A DNA stretch of 64,000 bases, taken from an uncultured virus (IMG/VR IMGVR_UViG_3300031951_000043). Its lineage: Duplodnaviria; Heunggongvirae; Uroviricota; Caudoviricetes. Shown piece after piece: positions 1-9,011 of the stretch. Under the pieces are notes generated by a model. It did no database searches. It was not told the DNA's origin and saw only the letters and a list, made by a program, of their open reading frames with translations. The translations under genes were made by a program, and so were the position numbers. The stretch lies in the IMG/VR virus record IMGVR_UViG_3300031951_000043; one strand, 5' to 3'. Numbering within the stretch: the first letter of the stretch is position 1; every line of letters begins with the position of its first letter.

Positions 1-2
1 TT

Positions 3-551
3 AAACATCTTAATAACAAATATGATGAGATTGTTGTTAATGGGGGTTTGGATTTAGAAAAAACACAAATTCAATCCTTACCGGATAATCTTCATGTTGA
101 AGGGAGTATGTATTTAAATAGATGCAAAAATCTTCAATCCTTACCGGATAATCTTTATGTTGGGGGAAGTTTGGATTTAGGTTATACACCAATTCAATCC
201 TTACCGGATAATCTTTATTTTGAAAAAGATTTGGATTTAGGAGGAACACCAATTCAATCCTTACCTGATAATCTTTATGTTGAAGGGAGTATGTATTTAA
301 ATAGATGCAAAAATCTTCAATCCTTACCGGATAATCTTTATGTTGGGGGATATTTGAATTTACATGAAACACAAATTCAATCCTTACCGGATAATCTTTA
401 TGTTGGGGGATATCTAAATTTAGATAAAACACCAATTCAATCCTTGCCGGATAATCTTGATGTTAAAGGGGTAATTTATATTCGTGGAACACCATTAAAA
501 GATAATGATGAATTGGTTGCGAAATATAGGAAAAAATATAGGATTTTATAG
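3..551 (+). CDS. Leucine-rich repeat protein, 5' truncated by window edge; paralog of 42808-43626
   Basis: Tandem 20-21 aa repeats (IQSLPDNLxVxGxLxL); frame open back to position 3; first ~40 nt closely match 42953 onward. Confidence 0.9.
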   Translation, partial: KHLNNKYDEIVVNGGLDLEKTQIQSLPDNLHVEGSMYLNRCKNLQSLPDNLYVGGSLDLGYTPIQSLPDNLYFEKDLDLGGTPIQSLPDNLYVEGSMYLNRCKNLQSLPDNLYVGGYLNLHETQIQSLPDNLYVGGYLNLDKTPIQSLPDNLDVKGVIYIRGTPLKDNDELVAKYRKKYRIL

Positions 552-563
552 AACTTTTTAATT

Positions 564-1043
564 ATGAAAAAGATTAAATTAACAGAATCCGACCTTTATA
601 ATATTATAGAGCGAGTTCTTCTTGAGCAAGAGGAAAATAATAAACGTGTTTGGAATACAACTCCAGAACGTTTTATTATGGTTCTTAATAATGTTTTTAA
701 TGGAAATTCTGAAATGTTCAGAAAAATTCTTAATAAAAAATATGATAACATTATTATTAATGAAGATTTGGATTTGAGTGAATCACGAATTAAAACCTTA
801 CCTGATAATCTTAAAGTTAAAGGTTATCTTAATTTAAATTATACAAAAATAGAATCCTTACCGGATAATCTTCATGTTGAGGGGAATTTGTATTTAGCTT
901 TTACACGAATTTATTCTTTACCGGATAATCTTCGTGTTGGAGGTAAAATCTATATTCATGGAACACTATTAGTTAGAAATAGTGATTTAGTTGCGGAATA
1001 TAGAAACAAACATAAAATTGAAGGATATTTTTGGTCATCATGA
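564..1043 (+). CDS. LRR protein with MKKIKLTESDLY..VLLEQE leader
   Basis: Three LPDNLxV repeats; shared N-terminal motif. Confidence 0.88.
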   Translation: MKKIKLTESDLYNIIERVLLEQEENNKRVWNTTPERFIMVLNNVFNGNSEMFRKILNKKYDNIIINEDLDLSESRIKTLPDNLKVKGYLNLNYTKIESLPDNLHVEGNLYLAFTRIYSLPDNLRVGGKIYIHGTLLVRNSDLVAEYRNKHKIEGYFWSS

Positions 1044-1435
1044 TATCAATAATAATTTTCATATTAATCGCATTATTTGCAAATAGAGAATCTTCTTTTG
1101 ATTTTACCAAAATAAAAAATCATGAGAAAATTAATCACATTCAATCATGGATATATCGAGCAACTTTTGTTATATTTATAATACTGCTTACGAACCTTTC
1201 AATCTTCAATAAAATAATTTTATCGATAGGTTCAGCATTTTTATTTTCATCAATATTCAGAGCAAGATTAAATCACAGAAGAAAAAAAGATTTAACATAT
1301 ATAAGCAATAGTAATTATTATGATTCATTTTTTATAAAACTTTTCCCAAAAAAACATGGTATGATGATATATGTTGTTGAAATCATTATCTTTGTAACCC
1401 CAACAATAATCTATATAGTAACAAACAATGGATAA
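1040..1435 (+). CDS. Hypothetical membrane protein
   Basis: ATG overlaps upstream TGA; several hydrophobic segments. Confidence 0.6.
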   Translation: MISIIIFILIALFANRESSFDFTKIKNHEKINHIQSWIYRATFVIFIILLTNLSIFNKIILSIGSAFLFSSIFRARLNHRRKKDLTYISNSNYYDSFFIKLFPKKHGMMIYVVEIIIFVTPTIIYIVTNNG

Positions 1436-1679
1436 AAAAATATTATACTTTACAGCAGCATGGTGTGGACCATGTAGAGCAATGGCTCCAGCAATTGAAG
1501 AACTTTCATCGACTCTGAATATTGAAAAAATTGATGTTGACTCAAAGGATGGTAGAATCTTTGATTATAAAATCAAAGCGGTCCCCTCTTTTGTGTTAGT
1601 TGACCAACAAAATAATGAATTAAAAAGAGTTGTCGGACTTCAATCAAAAGATACATTAAGAAATTTGTTTAACGATTAA
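1428..1679 (+). CDS. trxA: Thioredoxin family protein
   Basis: WCGPC active site, AVP cis-Pro motif. Confidence 0.92.
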   Translation: MDKKILYFTAAWCGPCRAMAPAIEELSSTLNIEKIDVDSKDGRIFDYKIKAVPSFVLVDQQNNELKRVVGLQSKDTLRNLFND

Positions 1680-1682
1680 AAA

Positions 1683-1859
1683 ATGTGGGTTATAGTTAAA
1701 TTTATTAAAAATAAAGATGGAAAAGAACTTCCAGTAATTATTTTGGACTCTCAAGAAGAAATATTAGAATTTGAGAATGATGAGGACGCACAAAAACAAA
1801 AAAATTTGTTTTTGATTAATTCGGATTCTGGATATAGATATGAAGTAAAGAAAATTTAA
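1683..1859 (+). CDS. Small hypothetical protein (58 aa, MWVIVKFIK...), absent from ORF track
   Basis: ATG-TAA frame filling the gap between co-oriented genes. Confidence 0.65.
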   Translation: MWVIVKFIKNKDGKELPVIILDSQEEILEFENDEDAQKQKNLFLINSDSGYRYEVKKI

Positions 1860-1865
1860 CTTCAT

Positions 1866-2060
1866 ATGGATGAATTAAAGAAAAAAATTAAAGAAAGTCA
1901 CTATAGAAAATTTTTGGGTGTTGCACCTGAAGGTTTTATTATCATTCCTGAAGTGACATTTGAAAAATTAAAAGATTTTGATTTTTGGAAGGAATGGAAA
2001 AATAATCCTGAATATTTGAGGGAAGAAGCAATTAAAGACACTAAAGAAAATTTTTTTTAG
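1866..2060 (+). CDS. Hypothetical protein
   Basis: ORF in operon context. Confidence 0.65.
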   Translation: MDELKKKIKESHYRKFLGVAPEGFIIIPEVTFEKLKDFDFWKEWKNNPEYLREEAIKDTKENFF

Positions 2061-2066
2061 AAAACA

Positions 2067-2098
2067 TTTGGAAGTTTGAAAAGAAGTATCTATCTTTG
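2067..2098 (+). promoter_or_regulatory. Bacteroidota primary-sigma promoter (TTTG -33, TATCTTTG -7) for tRNA cluster 1
   Basis: TTTG at 2067-2070, TAnnTTTG at 2091-2098, 20-nt spacer. Confidence 0.75.
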
Positions 2099-2110
2099 TG
2101 TTGTTAAAAT

Positions 2111-2186
2111 GCTCCTATAGCTCAGTTGGTCAGAGCGCCAAGCTTATACCTTGGGTCTGTCACAGGTTCAAGTCCTGTTAGGAGTA
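2111..2186 (+). tRNA. trnI: tRNA-Ile(TAT)
   Basis: Cloverleaf; anticodon arm CCAAG-CTTATAC-CTTGG; GGTTCAAGTCC T arm. Confidence 0.88.
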
Positions 2187-2194
2187 CGAAATAT

Positions 2195-2268
2195 TGTGGG
2201 GTGGAGCAGATGGTTAGCTCGGAGGTCTCATAAATCTCAGGTCGCTGGTTCAAGTCCAGCCCCCGCAA
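2195..2268 (+). tRNA. trnM: tRNA-Met(CAT), initiator-like
   Basis: TGTGGGG/CCCCGCA acceptor stem, CTCATAA loop. Confidence 0.85.
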
Positions 2269-2270
2269 CA

Positions 2271-2366
2271 AAATGTTGATTAGTAGTTTAGTGGTTGAAC
2301 TAAAAAGAAAATCTGACGCTCAGTAGCAATAAATACCACCAGTCAGCTTCGTTCTAATTAACATTT
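2271..2366 (+). ncRNA. Putative structured RNA of unknown family
   Basis: 13-bp closing stem AAATGTTGATTAG/CTAATTAACATTT with internal hairpins. Confidence 0.4.
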
Positions 2367-2409
2367 TATTTTTATTGTTCTTTGACATATTTATCTTAAA
2401 AAAATTAAT

Positions 2410-2613
2410 ATGCAAAAAATATCTTTTATTAAATTTAATTTTAAAAATGGATTAATTCATTTATTGACATTATTTTTTGGTAGTTTAATATTATTACCAA
2501 TAACAGGTAATGAGATTTTTGAATTTAAAATTTGGTTCATTATTTTATTGTTTCTTAGTATCTTTATGACGTACTTCAATTATCGTGTTTGGAAAAAATT
2601 AAAAATTAAATAA
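2410..2613 (+). CDS. Small membrane protein
   Basis: Two hydrophobic helices; ATATTTAT motif upstream. Confidence 0.55.
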   Translation: MQKISFIKFNFKNGLIHLLTLFFGSLILLPITGNEIFEFKIWFIILLFLSIFMTYFNYRVWKKLKIK

Positions 2614-3277
2614 TAATTCTTTGATTTATTATGTTTGTGATAATATCAAGATATTTTTGAGAGGTAATCTCTTTAAAATATTTTTGTGCTGATGTATCAA
2701 TAACACAAAAATCAATTTTTGCGTCATGACATGCTTTTGACTTTGATTTATCATTTTCTTGAATTTGATTTAATTTTTTAATGCCATAAATTGGTTCATA
2801 GTGAAAAATTCCATTAAGTTCAAATGCAATATTTAATGATGGAATATAAATATCTAATTCTGAGTTAATAGCTAATTTATCATTAAATTTGATATCTAGG
2901 TTTGGGTATAAAAATTCTAACTGCGATTGAATCCAAATTTCAAGTTTTGATTTTCTGTTGCCGTGTTTTTTATTTTTATTGTTATATGTTGCGGCACAAG
3001 ATTTCGAACAAAAATGATTTATAGATCTAGAAATTTGATTATTTGCTTTGATAAATTTTTTATCACAATTAGTACATGTAACCTCTTTTCTTTTTTTTGC
3101 TGACAAACCATTACATTGTATTGAACAAAAACGTAATTGATTTTTTTGTTTTTCAATATTATATTTAATATGTCTTTTTTCAATATAGAAAAAATTATCA
3201 CAATATTCACATATTAATCTTAACTTATCAAAATGTTTTGCATTATAATAATCAAATTCTGAATACGCTTTTTTCAT
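2606..3277 (-). CDS. Zinc-finger plus Vsr/PD-(D/E)XK-like endonuclease, probable homing endonuclease
   Basis: Repeated CxxC..FCSxxC motifs; ELDIYIPSLNIAFELNGIFHY nuclease motif. Confidence 0.75.
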   Translation of the reverse strand: MKKAYSEFDYYNAKHFDKLRLICEYCDNFFYIEKRHIKYNIEKQKNQLRFCSIQCNGLSAKKRKEVTCTNCDKKFIKANNQISRSINHFCSKSCAATYNNKNKKHGNRKSKLEIWIQSQLEFLYPNLDIKFNDKLAINSELDIYIPSLNIAFELNGIFHYEPIYGIKKLNQIQENDKSKSKACHDAKIDFCVIDTSAQKYFKEITSQKYLDIITNIINQRIII

Positions 3278-3343
3278 TTATACATATATTTATATATAAA
3301 TATATTAAATTTAATTTTCGAATCTGAAGTACTTTGAAATTAT

Positions 3344-3428
3344 GGAGGATCCCACTGGCGCGGTACGTAGTCTTGAAAACTATGAGGTCGGTAATACCGA
3401 TGTGAAGGTTCGAGTCCATCATCCTCCG
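3344..3428 (+). tRNA. trnS: tRNA-Ser(TGA)
   Basis: GGAGGAT/ATCCTCC acceptor, CTTGAAA loop, long variable arm; atypical D arm. Confidence 0.8.
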
Positions 3429-3438
3429 CTAGATAAAA

Positions 3439-3470
3439 TTTGGAAGTTTGAAATTTTAGTTGTATCTTTG
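3439..3470 (+). promoter_or_regulatory. Bacteroidota primary-sigma promoter
   Basis: TTTG-N20-TATCTTTG. Confidence 0.7.
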
Positions 3471-3611
3471 TAGAGCGTGTGAAGCATGTGAGCTAAGTTA
3501 TCGAGGTGCTTGGTACGATTCGCGGTCGTGTTGCGCTGGAAACCATCAAAGGTTAAAAGACGTGAAACCAAGTTAAATGGTAAAATCTGACACATTCAGC
3601 CTTAAATTTAC

Positions 3612-3687
3612 GCCACTGTAGCTCAATTGGCAGAGCACTAGTTTTGTAAACTAGCGGTTAGCGGTTCGACTCCGCTCAGTGGCTCCA
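3612..3687 (+). tRNA. trnT: tRNA-Thr(TGT)
   Basis: CTAGT-TTTGTAA-ACTAG; encoded CCA. Confidence 0.93.
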
Positions 3688-3706
3688 AGAGTTCTTTGAA
3701 AAAGTT

Positions 3707-3836
3707 TGAGAAAAAGCGGAAGTACGAAAGTACGGGAAGATTGTGATAAAAAGAACAAGGAAATAGTCCCTCCCATTGCAGTCACAAGCATAATTGGGTA
3801 GAGTGGAAAGGTGAGTCCACGAACCGCTTTTTCTCA
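3707..3836 (+). ncRNA. Putative structured RNA
   Basis: Perfect 13-bp closing stem TGAGAAAAAGCGG/CCGCTTTTTCTCA; GTAC-GAAA-GTAC and GTGGA..TCCAC hairpins. Confidence 0.5.
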
Positions 3837-3847
3837 TTTTACATGAA

Positions 3848-4026
3848 AATATAAAATTAGTGAGCAAAGAGAAAGTGACTTCACCAGTCAGCGTAGTATA
3901 CAACGGAAGCACGGGCAAGAAAGTAGCATGGTAGCTACCTGAAATAAAAATCGATTGCTGGGACAAAACTGAAAACGTTTAATTGGATACCCTTAAAATG
4001 AAGATATACCTCACTAACTTTATATT
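3848..4026 (+). ncRNA. Putative structured RNA
   Basis: 16/17-bp closing stem AATATAAAATTAGTGAG/CTCACTAACTTTATATT; GC-richer interior; no credible ORF. Confidence 0.5.
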
Positions 4027-4031
4027 AAAAA

Positions 4032-4175
4032 TTTGTGGTCAGTACGGATTGACGTACCTAGTAAGCTGGTAAATTACATTACGAAGAAACGCTGAAGCGA
4101 CTAAGAAATGTACTAATATGTAATTATTAGTGGGTTGTTGTTAAGTCTTAGTATGTTAGTTTTTAACACCACAAA
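4032..4175 (+). ncRNA. Putative structured RNA
   Basis: 8-bp closing stem TTTGTGGT/ACCACAAA plus internal hairpins. Confidence 0.35.
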
Positions 4176-4179
4176 AAAA

Positions 4180-4253
4180 GCGAGTGTAGCTTAGTTGATT
4201 AAAGCGCCGTCCTTCCAAGTCGGAGATCGTCAGTTTGAGTCTGACCACTCGCT
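4180..4253 (+). tRNA. trnG: tRNA-Gly(TCC)
   Basis: GCGAGTG/CACTCGC acceptor, CTTCCAA loop. Confidence 0.88.
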
Positions 4254-4339
4254 CACTAATCCCCTCTAACCTCTGAAGAAATTCAAGTTATTGGGTAAAA
4301 CAGTTTCTTTTCATATTTATAGAATAAACATCTATCAAT

Positions 4340-7300
4340 ATGATTAAGAAAATATTTTTATCATTAGCAATACTTGCTTCAATTTTAAGCAATGCTGCAA
4401 CATATTATGTTTCACCAAACGGAAATGATTCAAATAATGGGACTTCAATAACCACTCCGTGGAAAACAATAAGTAAAGTTAACACCAGACAATTAGTAGC
4501 TGGGGACCAAATTTTATTTGAACGAAATGGAACATACAGAGGTAATTTAACAATTAACTATTCGGGTACCGATGTCAACCCAATTCTAATTTCCACTTAT
4601 GGTAGTGGAAATAACCCCATATTACTTGGTTCACAATTAATTTCAAACTGGATATTACATCAAGGAAATATTTGGAAGACTCAAGTAAATGCAACACAAG
4701 TTGTTCATTTGTTCTTCAATGACAGTTTAATGCCAATTGCAAGATATCCAAATAATGGTTGGTTAAGAAATATACAAGGAACAAATTCTCAAATAACAGA
4801 TAATCAATTAACACAACCAGCGAATTATTGGAATGGTAGTACAATGGTTATTCGTAGTTCTTCTTGGAGTTATGATACAAGTAGAGTTTTATCATATAGT
4901 CCGGGGGTTATTAACTTTAGACCTATTAGTTATAACTTAGGAAACAGTACGTGGGGTTATTTTATCCGAAATAAATTTCAAGAATTAGATGCCCCCGGTG
5001 AATGGTTTTTTGATAAGACCATCAACACATTATATTTTTACTCCCCAACAGGAAACCCAAATTTAAACGCGATTGAAATAATAACAGCCAATCAATCAAC
5101 AAATGGTGTAGGAATAAGGGTTACTTGGCAAAGAAATAATATTATTATTGAAAATCTTACAATTAATAAGTATGGTTATGCTGGTGTTAGCACAAGCGGT
5201 ACATCTAATATAACTGTAAGAAATTGTAATATTAGTCAATGTGATCATGGTATGTGGTTATATGGTAATAATCAAATTATTAGAAATAATTTCATCACAA
5301 AATGTCCCCAAATGGGTTTAAATGCTGTTTCTGGTGGAAGCCCAATTAGTTATGGAAACAACAATACATTTGAAGATAATACCATCCAAAATTGTGCATT
5401 ATATCCCGGTCTTGGAAAAAGCTCATGGGGTTATTTCGGAATGACCGTCACTGGTTCCAATAATATAATAAGAAAAAATAATATTACAAATATTGGTTAT
5501 ATTGCATTATCTTTCGAATCAAACCCATTAATTGAAAATAACTTTATAAGTAATGCATGTTCAATTTTAAATGATGGTTCTGGTATTGCATTTGATAGAA
5601 CAAATGGTGCTGTTATTAGAAATAACATTGTTTTAAATACAATTGGTAATATTGAAAGTTGTGCAACAAATACAACCAACTGTGACCCAAAAGGTAAAGG
5701 AATATATTTTGGAAATGTTAGCAATAAAAATAATTTAGTTGATGGTAATACTGTCGCATATTGTAACGGTGCTGGTATTTGGTTTGATCATACTATGCTA
5801 TCAGAAGGTAATCAAATTATTAATAATACCTTATTTGGGAACAATTTATATCAATTAGGTATTTCAGATTTTTCAAACTATAATAGTCCCGGAGCAATTG
5901 CTCCTTATGCAGTTCCGGTGTATAGTAACCAACTTGTTAGAAATAATATTTTTTATTCAAATAACCAACAACAGAAAACCATGTACCACATAAATAAGTG
6001 GTATTCTGGTGTTGATTTTGCAAATTTTAATGAAAATAAATATATTAACCCTTGGGATACTGTTAGTATTCAAGTTTTTGATATAGCAAATAATGGTAAT
6101 TCTTTAAATTATTCATTAAATCAATGGAAAAATGTTAGAGGTGATGACTCTTTATCTACAAACCAACCTTATCTCCCTCAATCCGAATCATCTGATCATA
6201 TTTTGGTTTATAATAATCAAATAACAGAACAATCAATTAGTTTACCAAGTGGTACTTGGTCAGATTTAAACGGTAATTTATATAATTCTTCAATTAATAT
6301 ACCAGCATTTGAATCAAAACCTTTATTTAATTCATTATTACTTCCTCCACCACCCTCAACCCCAAGCACTATTGTTTCTTTATTGGTTCAAGCTAGTGTT
6401 AATTCAACAACACCATCAATTACACTTTCATGGATTAGTTATTCCACTGCAACAGGTTATTCTGTGTTCAGAAAATTAAAAAATGCAACATCTTGGGGAA
6501 GCGCAATAGCTACCTTAGGGGGTAGTGCAACTCAGTATGTTGATAATAACGTTTCTTTAAATACATATTATGAATATCGTGTTGTTAGAAACGCTTCTGT
6601 TGGTACTGCATATGGTTATGTTGCAACAGGTATTAATCTCAATACAATTGATTATAGAGGTAAGCTAATATTAGTTGTTGATAATACATTTACAAGTAGT
6701 TTATCTTCACAACTAACTCAATTACAAAATGATCTAAAATTAGATGGTTGGAATGTTATTAGAGTTGATGTTTCAAGAACAACAACACCAGCGTCAGTAA
6801 AATCTCAAATACAGACAATTTACAATACTGATCCAACTAATGTAAAATCAGTTTTATTATTTGGGCATGTTCCGGTTTATCGTTCTGGTAATATTGCACC
6901 AGATGGACATAGTTTAATTCCTTGGGCATGTGATTCCTATTATGGTGATATGAATGGTTCTTGGACAACACCTCCCACAGCATTACCTTCAGATTTGGAG
7001 TTACAAGTGGGGAGGATTGATTTATTTAATTTACCCGCGTTTGGACAAACAGAACAACAATTATTGTCAAATTATTTAACTAAATTACATCAATTTAAAA
7101 CAAAACAATTTACTCCTCAAAACAGAATGTTAATTCAGGATAATTTAACTTGGGTTAATAATCCACTAGCTGAAACTTCTTATAGAACTGGTGGTCCTTT
7201 AGTTGGTGAAGCAAATATTACAACAATACCAGCAAATAATCAACCAAATTTTGTATCAAGAATGTCTGATGGTTGGTTATGGGGTTATTTTTCTGGTGGT

Positions 7301-8695
7301 GGAACATACAATTCCGCTGCTGGGATTGGTAATACATCAAATTTCGCAACAACACAAAATAATGTAGTTTTCAATATGAGTTTGGGTAGTTATTTTGGTA
7401 ATTGGGATTCTAGTACACCAGTTCCGGATTGGAATAATAACAATAATAATTTATTAAGAGCGGTATTAGCTAGCGGTCAAGCACTTACAAACGTTTGGGC
7501 GGGTTTACCAAATTGGTTTTTCCACCACATGGGAATGGGAGATCCTATTGGTTATTCAACAATGTTAACCATTAATAATAGAACATCAAACGCATTATAT
7601 CAATTACAAAATGGTGGTTGGCAAGGACAAGGATTAACAACAGTACATCTTGGTTTAATGGGTGATCCGTCATTAAGAATGAATTATGTTGCACCTCCAA
7701 GTAATTTAACAATAATTAATAATGGAAATTCGTTAACATTTAACTGGACAGCATCAGCAGAGCAGGTTGATGGGTATTATTTATATGAAATTGTTTCTGG
7801 TGTACCAACAAGAATAACACCAAATCTAATTACAACAAATACATTAACTGGGAATTTTAACTTAACCACTGGTACAGAATATATGGTTAGAGCGGTTAAA
7901 TTGGTTAATAATTTTAGTGGTAGTTATTATAATTTATCATTAGGTTCGGCAAATACGGTACCACAATCGGTAGCACCAACATTAATAGCAAAAGTTTTTC
8001 TAGGTGGTGCGTATGATAATGGTTTAATGTATGATTCATTACGTGTTAAAAATTTAATACCACTTTCTGATCCTTATCCCGCTTTAGGTTATACACATGT
8101 AATAGGTGGTGGACAAACGACAACGCAATCCGTTTTAACAGTTTCAGGAAATTCAGCAATTGTTGATTGGGTGGTTATTGAATTAAGGAATGCAACCACA
8201 CCATCAACCAGAGTATACACAAGAAGTGCTTTAATCCAAAGAGACGGTGATATTGTTGATATGGATGGTGTATCACCGGTTAGTTTACAAATAACTAGTG
8301 GTCAGTATTATGTTGCAATTAAACATCGAAATCACTTGGGCGTTATGACAGCGCAACCTATTTCTTTGCAGAACAACACAATAATTAATTTTACAACAAT
8401 TGCAACATTTGGAACCGAAGCTCAAAAAACAATTGGTTCTGTAAAAGTAATGTGGGATGGTAATTCTAATTTTGATGACATAATCAAATATACCGGTCAA
8501 AATAATGATAGGGATTTTATCTTATCTAGAATTGGTGGTGTAATTCCAACTAATGTTGTAACAGGATATTATTCAGAAGATTTAAATATGGATGGTTTTG
8601 TTAAATACACCGGTCAAAATAATGATAGAGATATTATCTTATTTAATATTGGTGGTACAACACCTACAAATACAAAAGTTCAACAGATTCCTTGA
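4340..8695 (+). CDS. Large secreted multidomain protein: signal peptide, parallel beta-helix, FN3-like, C25-like domain, Bacteroidota-type C-terminal domain
   Basis: ATYYVSPNGNDSNNGTS start, beta-helix repeats, VLLFGHVP..VGRID, VDWVVIELR..KHRNHLGVMT tail. Confidence 0.75.
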   Translation: MIKKIFLSLAILASILSNAATYYVSPNGNDSNNGTSITTPWKTISKVNTRQLVAGDQILFERNGTYRGNLTINYSGTDVNPILISTYGSGNNPILLGSQLISNWILHQGNIWKTQVNATQVVHLFFNDSLMPIARYPNNGWLRNIQGTNSQITDNQLTQPANYWNGSTMVIRSSSWSYDTSRVLSYSPGVINFRPISYNLGNSTWGYFIRNKFQELDAPGEWFFDKTINTLYFYSPTGNPNLNAIEIITANQSTNGVGIRVTWQRNNIIIENLTINKYGYAGVSTSGTSNITVRNCNISQCDHGMWLYGNNQIIRNNFITKCPQMGLNAVSGGSPISYGNNNTFEDNTIQNCALYPGLGKSSWGYFGMTVTGSNNIIRKNNITNIGYIALSFESNPLIENNFISNACSILNDGSGIAFDRTNGAVIRNNIVLNTIGNIESCATNTTNCDPKGKGIYFGNVSNKNNLVDGNTVAYCNGAGIWFDHTMLSEGNQIINNTLFGNNLYQLGISDFSNYNSPGAIAPYAVPVYSNQLVRNNIFYSNNQQQKTMYHINKWYSGVDFANFNENKYINPWDTVSIQVFDIANNGNSLNYSLNQWKNVRGDDSLSTNQPYLPQSESSDHILVYNNQITEQSISLPSGTWSDLNGNLYNSSINIPAFESKPLFNSLLLPPPPSTPSTIVSLLVQASVNSTTPSITLSWISYSTATGYSVFRKLKNATSWGSAIATLGGSATQYVDNNVSLNTYYEYRVVRNASVGTAYGYVATGINLNTIDYRGKLILVVDNTFTSSLSSQLTQLQNDLKLDGWNVIRVDVSRTTTPASVKSQIQTIYNTDPTNVKSVLLFGHVPVYRSGNIAPDGHSLIPWACDSYYGDMNGSWTTPPTALPSDLELQVGRIDLFNLPAFGQTEQQLLSNYLTKLHQFKTKQFTPQNRMLIQDNLTWVNNPLAETSYRTGGPLVGEANITTIPANNQPNFVSRMSDGWLWGYFSGGGTYNSAAGIGNTSNFATTQNNVVFNMSLGSYFGNWDSSTPVPDWNNNNNNLLRAVLASGQALTNVWAGLPNWFFHHMGMGDPIGYSTMLTINNRTSNALYQLQNGGWQGQGLTTVHLGLMGDPSLRMNYVAPPSNLTIINNGNSLTFNWTASAEQVDGYYLYEIVSGVPTRITPNLITTNTLTGNFNLTTGTEYMVRAVKLVNNFSGSYYNLSLGSANTVPQSVAPTLIAKVFLGGAYDNGLMYDSLRVKNLIPLSDPYPALGYTHVIGGGQTTTQSVLTVSGNSAIVDWVVIELRNATTPSTRVYTRSALIQRDGDIVDMDGVSPVSLQITSGQYYVAIKHRNHLGVMTAQPISLQNNTIINFTTIATFGTEAQKTIGSVKVMWDGNSNFDDIIKYTGQNNDRDFILSRIGGVIPTNVVTGYYSEDLNMDGFVKYTGQNNDRDIILFNIGGTTPTNTKVQQIP

Positions 8696-8735
8696 CGAAA
8701 TAAAGATAATATTTTAAATTTAAAAAACCTAAAAC

Positions 8736-9011
8736 ATGTCGCACATATTTTTTGATTCTCCCACATATATTAATATAACTAATTTCTTAAACAAAGAAGA
8801 AGGTACACCTATTTCTTGGAATGAAATAATGGAAGCATATTTTAAAATTTATCAAATTGAGTTGGAAAAAGTTAAAAGTCTTAAAGAATTGGAGATTTTT
8901 CACGCTCAATTAGCGGTAAAAAAACTAAATGGTTCCCATAATTTTGAAATTTGGGCGAACACAATCGATAAGTTTTGCGAATCTTGGTTAAAATCAGCGG
9001 TTCTTCAATAA
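8736..9011 (+). CDS. Hypothetical protein
   Basis: ORF with A-rich leader. Confidence 0.55.
   Translation: MSHIFFDSPTYINITNFLNKEEGTPISWNEIMEAYFKIYQIELEKVKSLKELEIFHAQLAVKKLNGSHNFEIWANTIDKFCESWLKSAVLQ

Noticed and set aside
48..470. LRR variability as a DGR target
   Set aside because: Many adenines in the repeat core are invariant, and no reverse transcriptase or template repeat is visible in the window.
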